Under the pieces are notes generated by a model. That model ran no database searches, was not told where the DNA came from, and saw only the letters and a program-made list of their open reading frames with translations. A stretch of 44,697 nucleotides of DNA from Thermoanaerobaculia bacterium (GTDB lineage Bacteria; Acidobacteriota; Thermoanaerobaculia; Multivoradales; JAHEKO01), in assembly GCA_033720955.1 (NCBI GenBank), contig JAWWBN010000003.1, positions 1 through 44,697 of the forward strand. Reading direction: 5' to 3'. Each line of letters begins with the position of its first letter. Within the stretch, counting starts at the first letter, position 1. Position numbers and translations under genes: made by a program. Of the stretch, positions 9,974 through 18,172 are shown one piece after another.

Positions 9974-11437
9974 TCAGCCGGGGCGATCGCGCCCCGCAGC
10001 GCCGAAGGCCGCGCCCGCCAGACCTCTCGCCACGCGCATCTGCTTCTGATTGACCTCCCTCAGCCACTCGAGGGAGCGCTGCGGATCCCGCAGCATGGCC
10101 CGCCAGGCGGCGAGCCCGACCCCGGTCTGCTCCGCAGCACGGCGGGCCAGGTCGGCGAGGGGGCGCTCTCTGGAGAGACCCAGGATCGCCCGCCAGGTCT
10201 CGGGGCCGTAGGTGAGGGGCCGCAGGAGGTACTCCGGCCGCAGCATCTGGCTGATGGGGACGATGCCGACGTAGACGCCCCCCACCGTCTCGGCGTACCG
10301 CTCGTCGCGGTCCGCGGCCCGCAGCGAGAGGCGCAGGAACTCCATCATGAGGTCCGCCAGGTGGGTGTTGCGGGAGATGGTGACGAGGGCGTCGGCCATC
10401 AGGCTGTCCACGTCGTACCGCTGCCGCCACCGGCCCTCGTAGGCCGCCAGACGCCCCTCGCTGAAGTCCCCCGCGGCGACCGCGGCCTGGATCGTCTCGG
10501 CGGCGAGCCGGGCCGTCTCGAGGGCCATGGGGATCCCCTCGCCGGTCAGCGGGTCGGCGAAGGAGCCGGCGTCGCCGATCAGCAGGCCGCGCTCGAAGTA
10601 GTTCCGCCGGGCGCCGCCGTAGCTCTTCAGCGCCCATCCCCTGGGGGGCTCGACGCGGGGCGCGAAGCCGCGCTCGCGGCCCAGCTTCGTCACCAGATCC
10701 ACCGTGCGGTCGAAGTAGTCGCGCAGACGCATCTCGCTGCGCTTGGCGGGCTCGGCGATCGTGCCGACCCCGATGTTGAAGCACCCGTCCTTCGACGGGA
10801 AGACCCAGGCCAGACCGGGAAGATACTCGCGGTCCCACGACAGGATCGCGCCGTCCAGCGGGAAGCCCTCGCCGTAGCTGCGGATGCCGATTCCGACGTA
10901 GCGGTCGTCACGCATCGCCAGACCGGCGAGCCGCGCCACCGTCGACTCCGAGCCGTCCGCGCCGACGATCAGGCGGGCCTCGAGCCGCAGCCGCTCGCCG
11001 CCCTCGAGCCGGGCGTCGATCTCCACGGCGTCGGGGCCGACCTCGAACCCCTGGATACGGCAGCCCTCCAGCGTGCCCGCGCCGGCGCTCTGCGCGCCCC
11101 GGAAGATGATCTCGTCCAGCACGCGGCGCGGCACGGCGTGGGCGTAGTCGACGCACCCCTCCACGGCGGGGAGCGCCCCGGTCATCTCCAGCACGCCGTC
11201 GAGAAACACCGTCCCCGAGCGGATCTTGTCGTAGCCCAGGGCCTCGACCCGGGAAAAGCAGCCCAGATCCTCGAGGTGACGGATGGCGCGCGGGTTCATC
11301 ATCTCGCCGCACACCTTGTCGCGCGGGAAGCGCTCCTTCTCCACCAGCAAAGCGTCGAGCCCGGCGCGGGCGAGATGGATCGCCAGGGCGCTGCCGGCCG
11401 GCCCCGCGCCGACGATCACCGCATCGTAGGTCTTCAC
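9974..11437 (-). CDS. Geranylgeranyl reductase family FAD-dependent oxidoreductase with a C-terminal helical extension
   Basis: DAVIVGAGPAGS, FPRDKVCG, RRVLD, IVGADG, WVFP..NIGVG, LIGDAGSFADPLTGEGI. Confidence 0.88.
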   Translation of the reverse strand: MKTYDAVIVGAGPAGSALAIHLARAGLDALLVEKERFPRDKVCGEMMNPRAIRHLEDLGCFSRVEALGYDKIRSGTVFLDGVLEMTGALPAVEGCVDYAHAVPRRVLDEIIFRGAQSAGAGTLEGCRIQGFEVGPDAVEIDARLEGGERLRLEARLIVGADGSESTVARLAGLAMRDDRYVGIGIRSYGEGFPLDGAILSWDREYLPGLAWVFPSKDGCFNIGVGTIAEPAKRSEMRLRDYFDRTVDLVTKLGRERGFAPRVEPPRGWALKSYGGARRNYFERGLLIGDAGSFADPLTGEGIPMALETARLAAETIQAAVAAGDFSEGRLAAYEGRWRQRYDVDSLMADALVTISRNTHLADLMMEFLRLSLRAADRDERYAETVGGVYVGIVPISQMLRPEYLLRPLTYGPETWRAILGLSRERPLADLARRAAEQTGVGLAAWRAMLRDPQRSLEWLREVNQKQMRVARGLAGAAFGAAGRDRPG

Positions 11438-11530
11438 TTCGTGTGTTACTGTGTCACGCGGGCCCGCGAATTACAAAGCCGGCAGAGGGGCGCGCCGGTC
11501 CCGACGGTCGACGCAAGGGAGGACTCCCGC

Positions 11531-12205
11531 ATGAGCGACGAAAAAGCCGCACCGAACGGGGCCAAGGGGTCGGGCAGGGACTCCTGGGCCGAGGCCGCGG
11601 CCCTCTGGAACAGGGCCTTCGACGAGCAGGTGGACGACTGGCAGCGAGCCACCGAGAAGGTCGCGCGCTGGGCCTACGGACCGGCCGAGCTGCTGCGCGA
11701 CGTCCAGAACGCCTCCCTGCGCAACGTCCAGTTGGCCGTCGGCCTGAGCCGGCTGTGGGGATCGGCCTGGTTGACCGGCATGCCGGGCGGCATGGGGTCG
11801 CTGGAGGCCGAGCGCAAGGCGATCCAGGAGCAGGGCGAGAACTGCCGCCAGGCGGTGGCCAAGCGCGACGCCAAGGCCGTCGCCGCCTACTACACGGAGG
11901 ACGCGATCTACGCGAACCCCGCGGGCCCCACCCTCGTGGGCCGGGCGGCGATCCAGGGGCTCTACGAAGGCATCTTCGCCATGAGCGACCTGACCATCGA
12001 GTGGCACTCCACCCAACCGGTCGCCGTGGCCGCGGGCCGCGACATGGCGTGGGAGCTGGGCGAGACGACCCTCGCCGGCAAGCCGGAGGGGGCGCCGGCG
12101 ATCGACTTCCACGGCCGGTACCTGCTGGTGTGGCGCAAGGTGGACGGCGCGTGGCTCATGGCCGTGGACTTCCCCAACACCGCCCCACCGCCACCCGCGA
12201 AGTAG
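11531..12205 (+). CDS. SnoaL-like/DUF4440 (NTF2-fold) protein with an extra N-terminal helical module
   Basis: ATG 11531 follows a GGAGGA SD. C-terminal DAKAVAAYYTEDA..GRAAI..DMAWELG..GRYLLVWRKVDGAW is typical of DUF4440/YybH. Confidence 0.85.
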   Translation: MSDEKAAPNGAKGSGRDSWAEAAALWNRAFDEQVDDWQRATEKVARWAYGPAELLRDVQNASLRNVQLAVGLSRLWGSAWLTGMPGGMGSLEAERKAIQEQGENCRQAVAKRDAKAVAAYYTEDAIYANPAGPTLVGRAAIQGLYEGIFAMSDLTIEWHSTQPVAVAAGRDMAWELGETTLAGKPEGAPAIDFHGRYLLVWRKVDGAWLMAVDFPNTAPPPPAK

Positions 12206-12230
12206 CGCCCCGGACGCGGTCCGCCGCTAC
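12202..12230. terminator. Imperfect hairpin at a convergent junction
   Basis: Arms gtagcg/cgctac and cggac/gtccg, including both stop codons. Confidence 0.35.
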
Positions 12231-14638
12231 CAGCGGTAGGCGAGGTGCGCCAGCGCCCGGCGCCCGAGGACCGAGCCCGACCACACCTCGATGTGCTCGT
12301 CGTCCAGGAGGTTGCTCACGTTGAGCCCCGCCTCCCACCGGTCGGTGAGGTCGTAGGCGGCGACCAGGTTCACCACCTCGAACGAGGGGACCACCCCGTT
12401 GACCAGGCCCTCGGTCCACCGGAAGGACTCGACGAGCCGCACGTCGAGCGACGCCCGCAGCCGGTCGTCGCCGTAGTGGACGCCCAGGTTGGCGCGGTTC
12501 TCCGGCGCGTTGAAGCCCAGCGGGGTGGCCGGCAACGGGTCGTCGAACTCGAAGTCCAGCCAGGCGTAGTTGGCGTCCAGCGACCAGTTGTCGTCGATCG
12601 CCCAATCGACGGCGATCTCGGCTCCGCGGTTGTCCAGGCTGCCGGCGTTGGCCAGGGTGATGAGGGCGAAGAGGGGCTCGCTGGGCACCGGGTTGGTGAG
12701 AAAGGGACCCAGGAAGGGAATTCCGGCCAGGGTGGCCTCGAGCAGGGCGGCCACCTCGGCCGGCAGACCGGCGGGCGCCTGGTAGGGCCCGAAGTCGGGG
12801 TTGGCGCGGCCCAGGACCGTGCCCACCAGCGGGATGCCGGTGCGCACGAAGTCGTCGATCTTGGCGTCGAAGAGGTCGATGGTGAGGAAGGCCCGGTCGC
12901 CCAGGGTCCCCCGGTAGCCGATCTCGAAGGTGCGATTCTTCTCCACCTCGAGGCCGGCGTTGCCGACGGCCACCACCGGTGTCGGCGCGGCGAAGCCGCA
13001 GGCCACCTCGAAGGGCGCGCAGAACGCCTCGAAGGGGGAGAGGTCCAGGGCCGGGATCAGAGGCACCCGGACGAACAGCTCCGGGTAGTTCGGCGTCAGG
13101 AAGGCCTCGTTGTAGCCGAAGCGCAGGGTGTGGCCGGGGGAGATCGAGTAGACGGCCGCGGCCTTGGGCGAGATCTGGGAGCTGAAGGTGTCGCCGTCGT
13201 CCCAGCGGGCGGCGACGACCAGCTTGAGACGATCGCTGGCGTCGTAGTCGAACTGGGCGTAGAGGGCGGTGAAGTCGGCGTCCACCGGTCGCTCCAGCAG
13301 CGTCTGGAAGCCCTGGGCGTTGGCGGTGTCCACCTTCTCGTTCTTATAGGAGCCGCCGGCGACGAAGCGGCCCCGGCCCGCGGCCACCTCCCACCGGGTC
13401 TGGAACTCGGCGGTCCACCGGCTGTCCTCGACGGGGCTGCGCACGCCGGCCGAGAGATTGGTCGTGACGACCTCGCGGTCGGCCCAGGTGACGAGGAAGT
13501 TCCAGTGCGCGGCGTTGAGGTCGATCCGGCCCCACGGCCACTCGGTCCGGATGCCCTCGAAGCGGCCCGCCGCCGAGGGGCCCGTGATCGCCTTCGGCTC
13601 GACGTAGCCGCCCTCGACCACCAGGCTCCTGCCGGCGCCCAGGTCGCCGTCCACCCGCAGGCTGGCGAGCCCGATCTCGTTGTCGTCGCCCGACAGGGGC
13701 ACCGCCTCGAGCTGCAGACAGTCCACGGCGACCCCCGGCGGGCAGGGCTGCGAGTACTCCACGGTCTGGTTACGGGAGACGGCGAAATCCTCGTTGCGGC
13801 GATATCCGGCCAGACCTTTGAAGAACCAGCCGCCTCCCAGGTTCGTGTAGACCCCGGCGTCCGCCAGCACGGCGCCCGGGTCCCCCCCGGTGAAACGCAC
13901 GAAGCCGCCCTCGCCGTCCCTGGGCGACCGCGTGATCAGGTTGAGGACGCCGTTGAAGGCGTTGGCGCCGTAGAGGGCCGAGGAGGGTCCGCGCACCAGC
14001 TCGACGCTCTGGAGGTCGTCCAGCGGCGTCGTGACGGTCGACCAGTCGTGCGACCCGACCAGCGCGTACGAGCTGTCCCGGCCGTCCACCAGCACCGCGA
14101 TCCGGCGGTTCAGCAGGGTGTTGAGGCCACGGGTGTTGATCTTGAAGTCCCACACGTCGGTCTGGGTGAGCTCGAAGCCGGGCGAGGACTCGAGCAGCCG
14201 GGGAAGCTGGCCGGCGGAGGCGCGCAGGGCGATCGCCTGCGGCGTGACGGCGGTCACCGCCGCGGGAGCATCGACCACCCGCTCCACCCGCCGCGACGCT
14301 CCCCGCACCGTCAGGGTCTCGGCGTAGACGTACTCCCAGTCGACCTCCTGCCGCACGCCGGCGGTCACGCCCGCCTTGACGGTGACCGCCGCGGTGGCCG
14401 CGTTCGAGCCCAGGGTGAAGAAGAGCTCGTGGTCCCCGGCCTCGACGGCCTCGACGTGGAACCAGCCCCGGTTGTCGCTCACCGCCGCCGGCCGGCCGTC
14501 GAGGGCGACCGCGACACCGCTCACTCCGGAGCCGTCGGGGCGGACGACCTGGCCCGAGATGCGCCCCCTCTCCGCCGCTGCAGCCAGCGCAGCCGTCACC
14601 ACCACCACCATGCCCCCAACGACCAGCAATCTCCGCAT
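12227..14638 (-). CDS. TonB-dependent outer-membrane receptor with an N-terminal carboxypeptidase-regulatory-like domain
   Basis: Real start MRRLLVV at 14638 (AAGGAGG SD, signal peptide). Plug motifs INTRG, VLVDG and VELVRGPSSALYGANAFNGVLNLIT; NLLD; terminal aromatic residue (YRW). Confidence 0.93.
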   Translation of the reverse strand: MRRLLVVGGMVVVVTAALAAAAERGRISGQVVRPDGSGVSGVAVALDGRPAAVSDNRGWFHVEAVEAGDHELFFTLGSNAATAAVTVKAGVTAGVRQEVDWEYVYAETLTVRGASRRVERVVDAPAAVTAVTPQAIALRASAGQLPRLLESSPGFELTQTDVWDFKINTRGLNTLLNRRIAVLVDGRDSSYALVGSHDWSTVTTPLDDLQSVELVRGPSSALYGANAFNGVLNLITRSPRDGEGGFVRFTGGDPGAVLADAGVYTNLGGGWFFKGLAGYRRNEDFAVSRNQTVEYSQPCPPGVAVDCLQLEAVPLSGDDNEIGLASLRVDGDLGAGRSLVVEGGYVEPKAITGPSAAGRFEGIRTEWPWGRIDLNAAHWNFLVTWADREVVTTNLSAGVRSPVEDSRWTAEFQTRWEVAAGRGRFVAGGSYKNEKVDTANAQGFQTLLERPVDADFTALYAQFDYDASDRLKLVVAARWDDGDTFSSQISPKAAAVYSISPGHTLRFGYNEAFLTPNYPELFVRVPLIPALDLSPFEAFCAPFEVACGFAAPTPVVAVGNAGLEVEKNRTFEIGYRGTLGDRAFLTIDLFDAKIDDFVRTGIPLVGTVLGRANPDFGPYQAPAGLPAEVAALLEATLAGIPFLGPFLTNPVPSEPLFALITLANAGSLDNRGAEIAVDWAIDDNWSLDANYAWLDFEFDDPLPATPLGFNAPENRANLGVHYGDDRLRASLDVRLVESFRWTEGLVNGVVPSFEVVNLVAAYDLTDRWEAGLNVSNLLDDEHIEVWSGSVLGRRALAHLAYRW

Positions 14639-14764
14639 GCCTGCCTCCTTCCCGGTCGCAGCTCCCCGCCCGACTTGATCCCAGGTCTCTGGTATCGTAG
14701 TCGGCAATCTGAGTGGCGGGCAAGCTAGTTGGGCGGACGACCCGTTCGCCTCGTGGGAGGAAGC

Positions 14765-17700
14765 GTGAGCACCAAGCCGTCGTCGAGGAGGCTCCTCGGG
14801 TCCAGACAGTTCGTCGAGGCCGGGGGCTACCGGGAGCTCGACTTCAGCAATGTGAGCATGCGCACCTTCCCGCTGCGCGCCAACATCGCCCAGCTCCAGC
14901 GCTTCTGCGACGCCTATCTCAACATCGCGCCGCCGGAGATCGCCCACTTCCGGCCGGTTGCGCCGTTTGTCCTCTTCCAGGTCCTCAACTACGGCCGGAT
15001 GTCGCCGGTGGCCAAGAACGTCGGCTGGGTGGCGCAGCACGAGGTCCTCTTCGGGGTGCCGGTGGTGGGCCACTGGCACTACGAGGGCGAGAGGGTGGAG
15101 GGGCTGGCCACCGTCAGCCCCTTCATCTTCGTGGACAACGACTGGTCGGTGCAGCTCGGGCGGGAGATCTACGGCTGGCCCAAGTTCCCGGCGCAGGTGG
15201 TTCCGGAGGTCAACGCCTGGCTCCGGGATCCGCGGCTCGCGCGCCGGCTGCTCAACCTCAAGACCAAGGTCTTCCCGCGCCTCTACGCCGGGATGCCGCA
15301 GTTGAACCTGCCCATCGTCGAGGTCCTCCAGTCGCCCACCGGCCTCGGACAGTGGCCACCCGACTTCAACTACCTGATGGGGCCCCTGACCCAGCTCCCC
15401 CAGGCCTTCTTCGACGGCCTGGCGGCGCTGCCCGACGTGATGCGGAGCCTCCTCGGCTTCTGGGCGCCCCAGAGCCAGGGCGACCTCGGGGGCACCTTCA
15501 TGGGACAGCTCGAGCAGCTCTTGAGCATCCCTCCGGAGGCGCTGGTCAACACCCTCAACGTCAAGCAGTTCCGCTCCTCCCGGGCGGGAGTGGCCGCCTA
15601 CCAGTCGCTGGTGAACGGGGTGATGGAGACCCGCGCGACCCTGGCGAGCGGGCTGCTGGGGAGCGTGGACCAGCTCCGGGGCGACCCTTCGGGCGGTCTC
15701 AGCCTCCTGATCCACCGCTACCCCGACTTCCCGATCATCGAGAGCCTCGGGCTGCACGTCCAGAACCAGTGGTCGGCGGGAGGCCACGCGGTGGCGGAGC
15801 TCAAGCCCTTCCTGCCGTTCTGGACCATCGTCGACCTGCGCTACAACATGGGTCAGAGGCTCTGCTGGCGCTCGCTCCAGACCGACTGGTCGACCGGCGA
15901 CGAGCCGGCCGACGACTCGTCGCGAAGGGTGGCCGTCTTCAACACCGCTCTCGGCCCGGTTCTCGAAGCGGTCCAGGGGCCTTTCGAGTTCTTCGACACG
16001 ACGATCCGCGTCCTGCCGCTCAAGGCCAGCGAGCGGCGGCTCACCCTGGCGGACAACAGTGGGGCCGACGCGCTCGCACCCGGCGACCTGCCCGACCTGG
16101 GCCATACGGTAGGCCGCCAGTTCAAAGAGGCGCTGATCGCCGCCCTGCAGCAGGGCGGCCTGCCCTCGGACCCGGCCCAGCTCGACATCCAGCTCACCTT
16201 CCTGCCCGTCGTCCTGCTCCTGGTCGAGAAGCTCGGCTCGATGTCGGCCGAGGCCAACGACATCGGGTTCTGGGGCGGTCGCACCGTGAGCTTCGCCCGG
16301 ATCCTGAACGTCAAGCTCATCAGCGTCGAAGACCAGGTGCCCGCGGTGGACACCAACTTCCTCGTCATCCCCTTCGCCTTCGCTCAGGACCCGATCGCCG
16401 TCAGCGCGAGCCGCGAGGTCCTCGGCCTGCCCACGGAGTTCGCGCAGATCCAGGCCGAGGCGGACCCGTGGGTGGAGAGCTCGACGCGCGACTTCGACCA
16501 CCCGCTGATCCGCGTCTGCGTCCGGGACTACCCGGCGCTGGGCGTGGGCCAGGAGGCGACGGTGCGGACCCTCTTCCACATCGACCGGGTGGCGCCGACT
16601 CCCGGGCTGGCGCCGGTGAGCCTCAAGCCCTACCGGGTCTTCCACGAGCAGGCCCTGGACCCGGCCCGACCCGGCACGGTGCTCTCCTACCTGACCCTCA
16701 AGCAGTTCCGCGACGAGGAGGACCCGACCCTCGTCTGCTACCGCGAGCTGGCCGTGCAGGACCGGGTGATCGGCAAGTGGGAGGGGGTCCAGAGCGGCAA
16801 GAGAGCCGAGGTGGACCAGCTTCCCGGCGAGTACGAGGTCCGATTCCAACGGCTCCCGAGCTGGCCGCTAGTCGAGACGCTGGGGCTGGAGGTCGAATGG
16901 GAGGTGGACGAGCGGGGCGTGGAGACCGCCGTGTGCAAGGTGGAGGATCCGCACTGGGTCAAGGCGGATCTGCGGTGGAACCTGCCCGTGAACCTGCGGT
17001 GGCAGTCGGTGGACGGCGTCTGGCGACACGGCTACCGGCAGCAGGGCGACGAGTACGGCCCGGCCTCGGTGTATCTGCTGGACTTCATCTCCCGCGCTCG
17101 CGCGGCGACCCTGCGGTCCGGATTCCTTCCTCTGGAGCGGCCCCAAGGCTTCGTGGAGCGCTTCAACGACTCGGTGGACGAGCTGGCGCGCGACGACGCC
17201 CTCGCCAGCGCCACCCAGAACCTCTTCCCCCCCAGCATGCGGGATCCCAAGCTGGTGACCCTCGACGATCTCGTGCGGGGGTTCCCGGCGACGATCGAGG
17301 CCCCGACCGCTTTCAGCATGCCGTCGCGGGCGGACCTCTACCCCGCGCCCCCCCTGCAGTTCGACGACGTCGAGACGATCGTGGCCGGTTTCGAGGTCGC
17401 GCCGGAGCCGCTGGAGAAATGGATCCCGGCGCCCCTGGAGCCGGTCGCCGGCCCCAGCCGGCCGGGCCGCCTCTTCCTCGTCTACAACCGGTACCCGGAC
17501 GGGAGCCCCTTCGGCGCCTTCCAGGAGGTGGCGATCGTGACCCCGGTCCGCGCCCGGGGCACCCGACTCGTCTTCTGTCTCTACTCGCTGGTGGACAACG
17601 ACGAGGCGCTCAGCGCCGGCCGCGAGTGCTGGGGATTCCCGCGCAAGCTCGGCGAGATCCACTTCTCGGAAGAGAGGGGCATCCTCGTGGCGCGGCGGGC

Positions 17701-18094
17701 GGGATGGGTGTTGGCGAGCGCCGAGCTGGGGAAGAGCGAGCCGACGAGCCCGACGGCGCTGGAGAGGTGGAATCTCGACCAGGTCAACCTGCAGGTCCTT
17801 CCGGGAGTGGCGGGGCAGCCGCCGGCGGTGCAGCGCCTGACCATCGTGAAGGCGGAGGACGTGCGGATCCGCGAGGCCCTCGTCGGGGACGGCGTGGTCG
17901 GAGCCCTCGGCCGCGCCGATGCCGGCCCCGACCAGCGCAAGGGGCCCCACCCGCTCGCGGAGCTCACGAAGAGCCGCACGGAGGCGGGAAGGAAGGGTCG
18001 CTACCACCGCTTCCGCTGCAGCTTCCGGCTGCCTCCGGGGGACGTGCTCTTCGACTACCTGACCGGCTGGGAAGCGCCGCTCGGCCCCGGCTGA
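14765..18094 (+). CDS. Large protein with three acetoacetate-decarboxylase (ADC)-like domains
   Basis: GTG 14765 follows GGGAGG. Three ADC signature segments: GREIYGWPK, SREVLGLPT, GRECWGFPRK. Duplicated KQFR..Y..L and PxxExLGL motifs. The last domain begins SMP..YPAPP..WIPAPLEP like canonical ADC. Confidence 0.8.
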   Translation: MSTKPSSRRLLGSRQFVEAGGYRELDFSNVSMRTFPLRANIAQLQRFCDAYLNIAPPEIAHFRPVAPFVLFQVLNYGRMSPVAKNVGWVAQHEVLFGVPVVGHWHYEGERVEGLATVSPFIFVDNDWSVQLGREIYGWPKFPAQVVPEVNAWLRDPRLARRLLNLKTKVFPRLYAGMPQLNLPIVEVLQSPTGLGQWPPDFNYLMGPLTQLPQAFFDGLAALPDVMRSLLGFWAPQSQGDLGGTFMGQLEQLLSIPPEALVNTLNVKQFRSSRAGVAAYQSLVNGVMETRATLASGLLGSVDQLRGDPSGGLSLLIHRYPDFPIIESLGLHVQNQWSAGGHAVAELKPFLPFWTIVDLRYNMGQRLCWRSLQTDWSTGDEPADDSSRRVAVFNTALGPVLEAVQGPFEFFDTTIRVLPLKASERRLTLADNSGADALAPGDLPDLGHTVGRQFKEALIAALQQGGLPSDPAQLDIQLTFLPVVLLLVEKLGSMSAEANDIGFWGGRTVSFARILNVKLISVEDQVPAVDTNFLVIPFAFAQDPIAVSASREVLGLPTEFAQIQAEADPWVESSTRDFDHPLIRVCVRDYPALGVGQEATVRTLFHIDRVAPTPGLAPVSLKPYRVFHEQALDPARPGTVLSYLTLKQFRDEEDPTLVCYRELAVQDRVIGKWEGVQSGKRAEVDQLPGEYEVRFQRLPSWPLVETLGLEVEWEVDERGVETAVCKVEDPHWVKADLRWNLPVNLRWQSVDGVWRHGYRQQGDEYGPASVYLLDFISRARAATLRSGFLPLERPQGFVERFNDSVDELARDDALASATQNLFPPSMRDPKLVTLDDLVRGFPATIEAPTAFSMPSRADLYPAPPLQFDDVETIVAGFEVAPEPLEKWIPAPLEPVAGPSRPGRLFLVYNRYPDGSPFGAFQEVAIVTPVRARGTRLVFCLYSLVDNDEALSAGRECWGFPRKLGEIHFSEERGILVARRAGWVLASAELGKSEPTSPTALERWNLDQVNLQVLPGVAGQPPAVQRLTIVKAEDVRIREALVGDGVVGALGRADAGPDQRKGPHPLAELTKSRTEAGRKGRYHRFRCSFRLPPGDVLFDYLTGWEAPLGPG

Positions 18095-18172
18095 CCGCCG
18101 GGGGCGGGCGCCAAGAGGGCGCGTGGTATCTTGACGCCGGGCGCCGCCGGCCGGACGGCGCCTCTTCGCGTC

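Noticed and set aside
11441-11468. CRP-like site and 12-bp palindrome cgcgggcccgcg between divergent genes
   Set aside because: Half-site spacing is wrong for CRP/FNR, and an all-GC 12-mer palindrome is unremarkable at this GC content.
9782-11530. Apparent long N-terminal extension of the SnoaL protein
   Set aside because: Antisense to the GG-reductase gene; there is an SD-supported ATG at 11531.
14639-16849. Apparent 737-aa N-terminal extension of the TonB receptor
   Set aside because: Antisense to the ADC-like gene; the real start with SD and signal peptide is at 14638.
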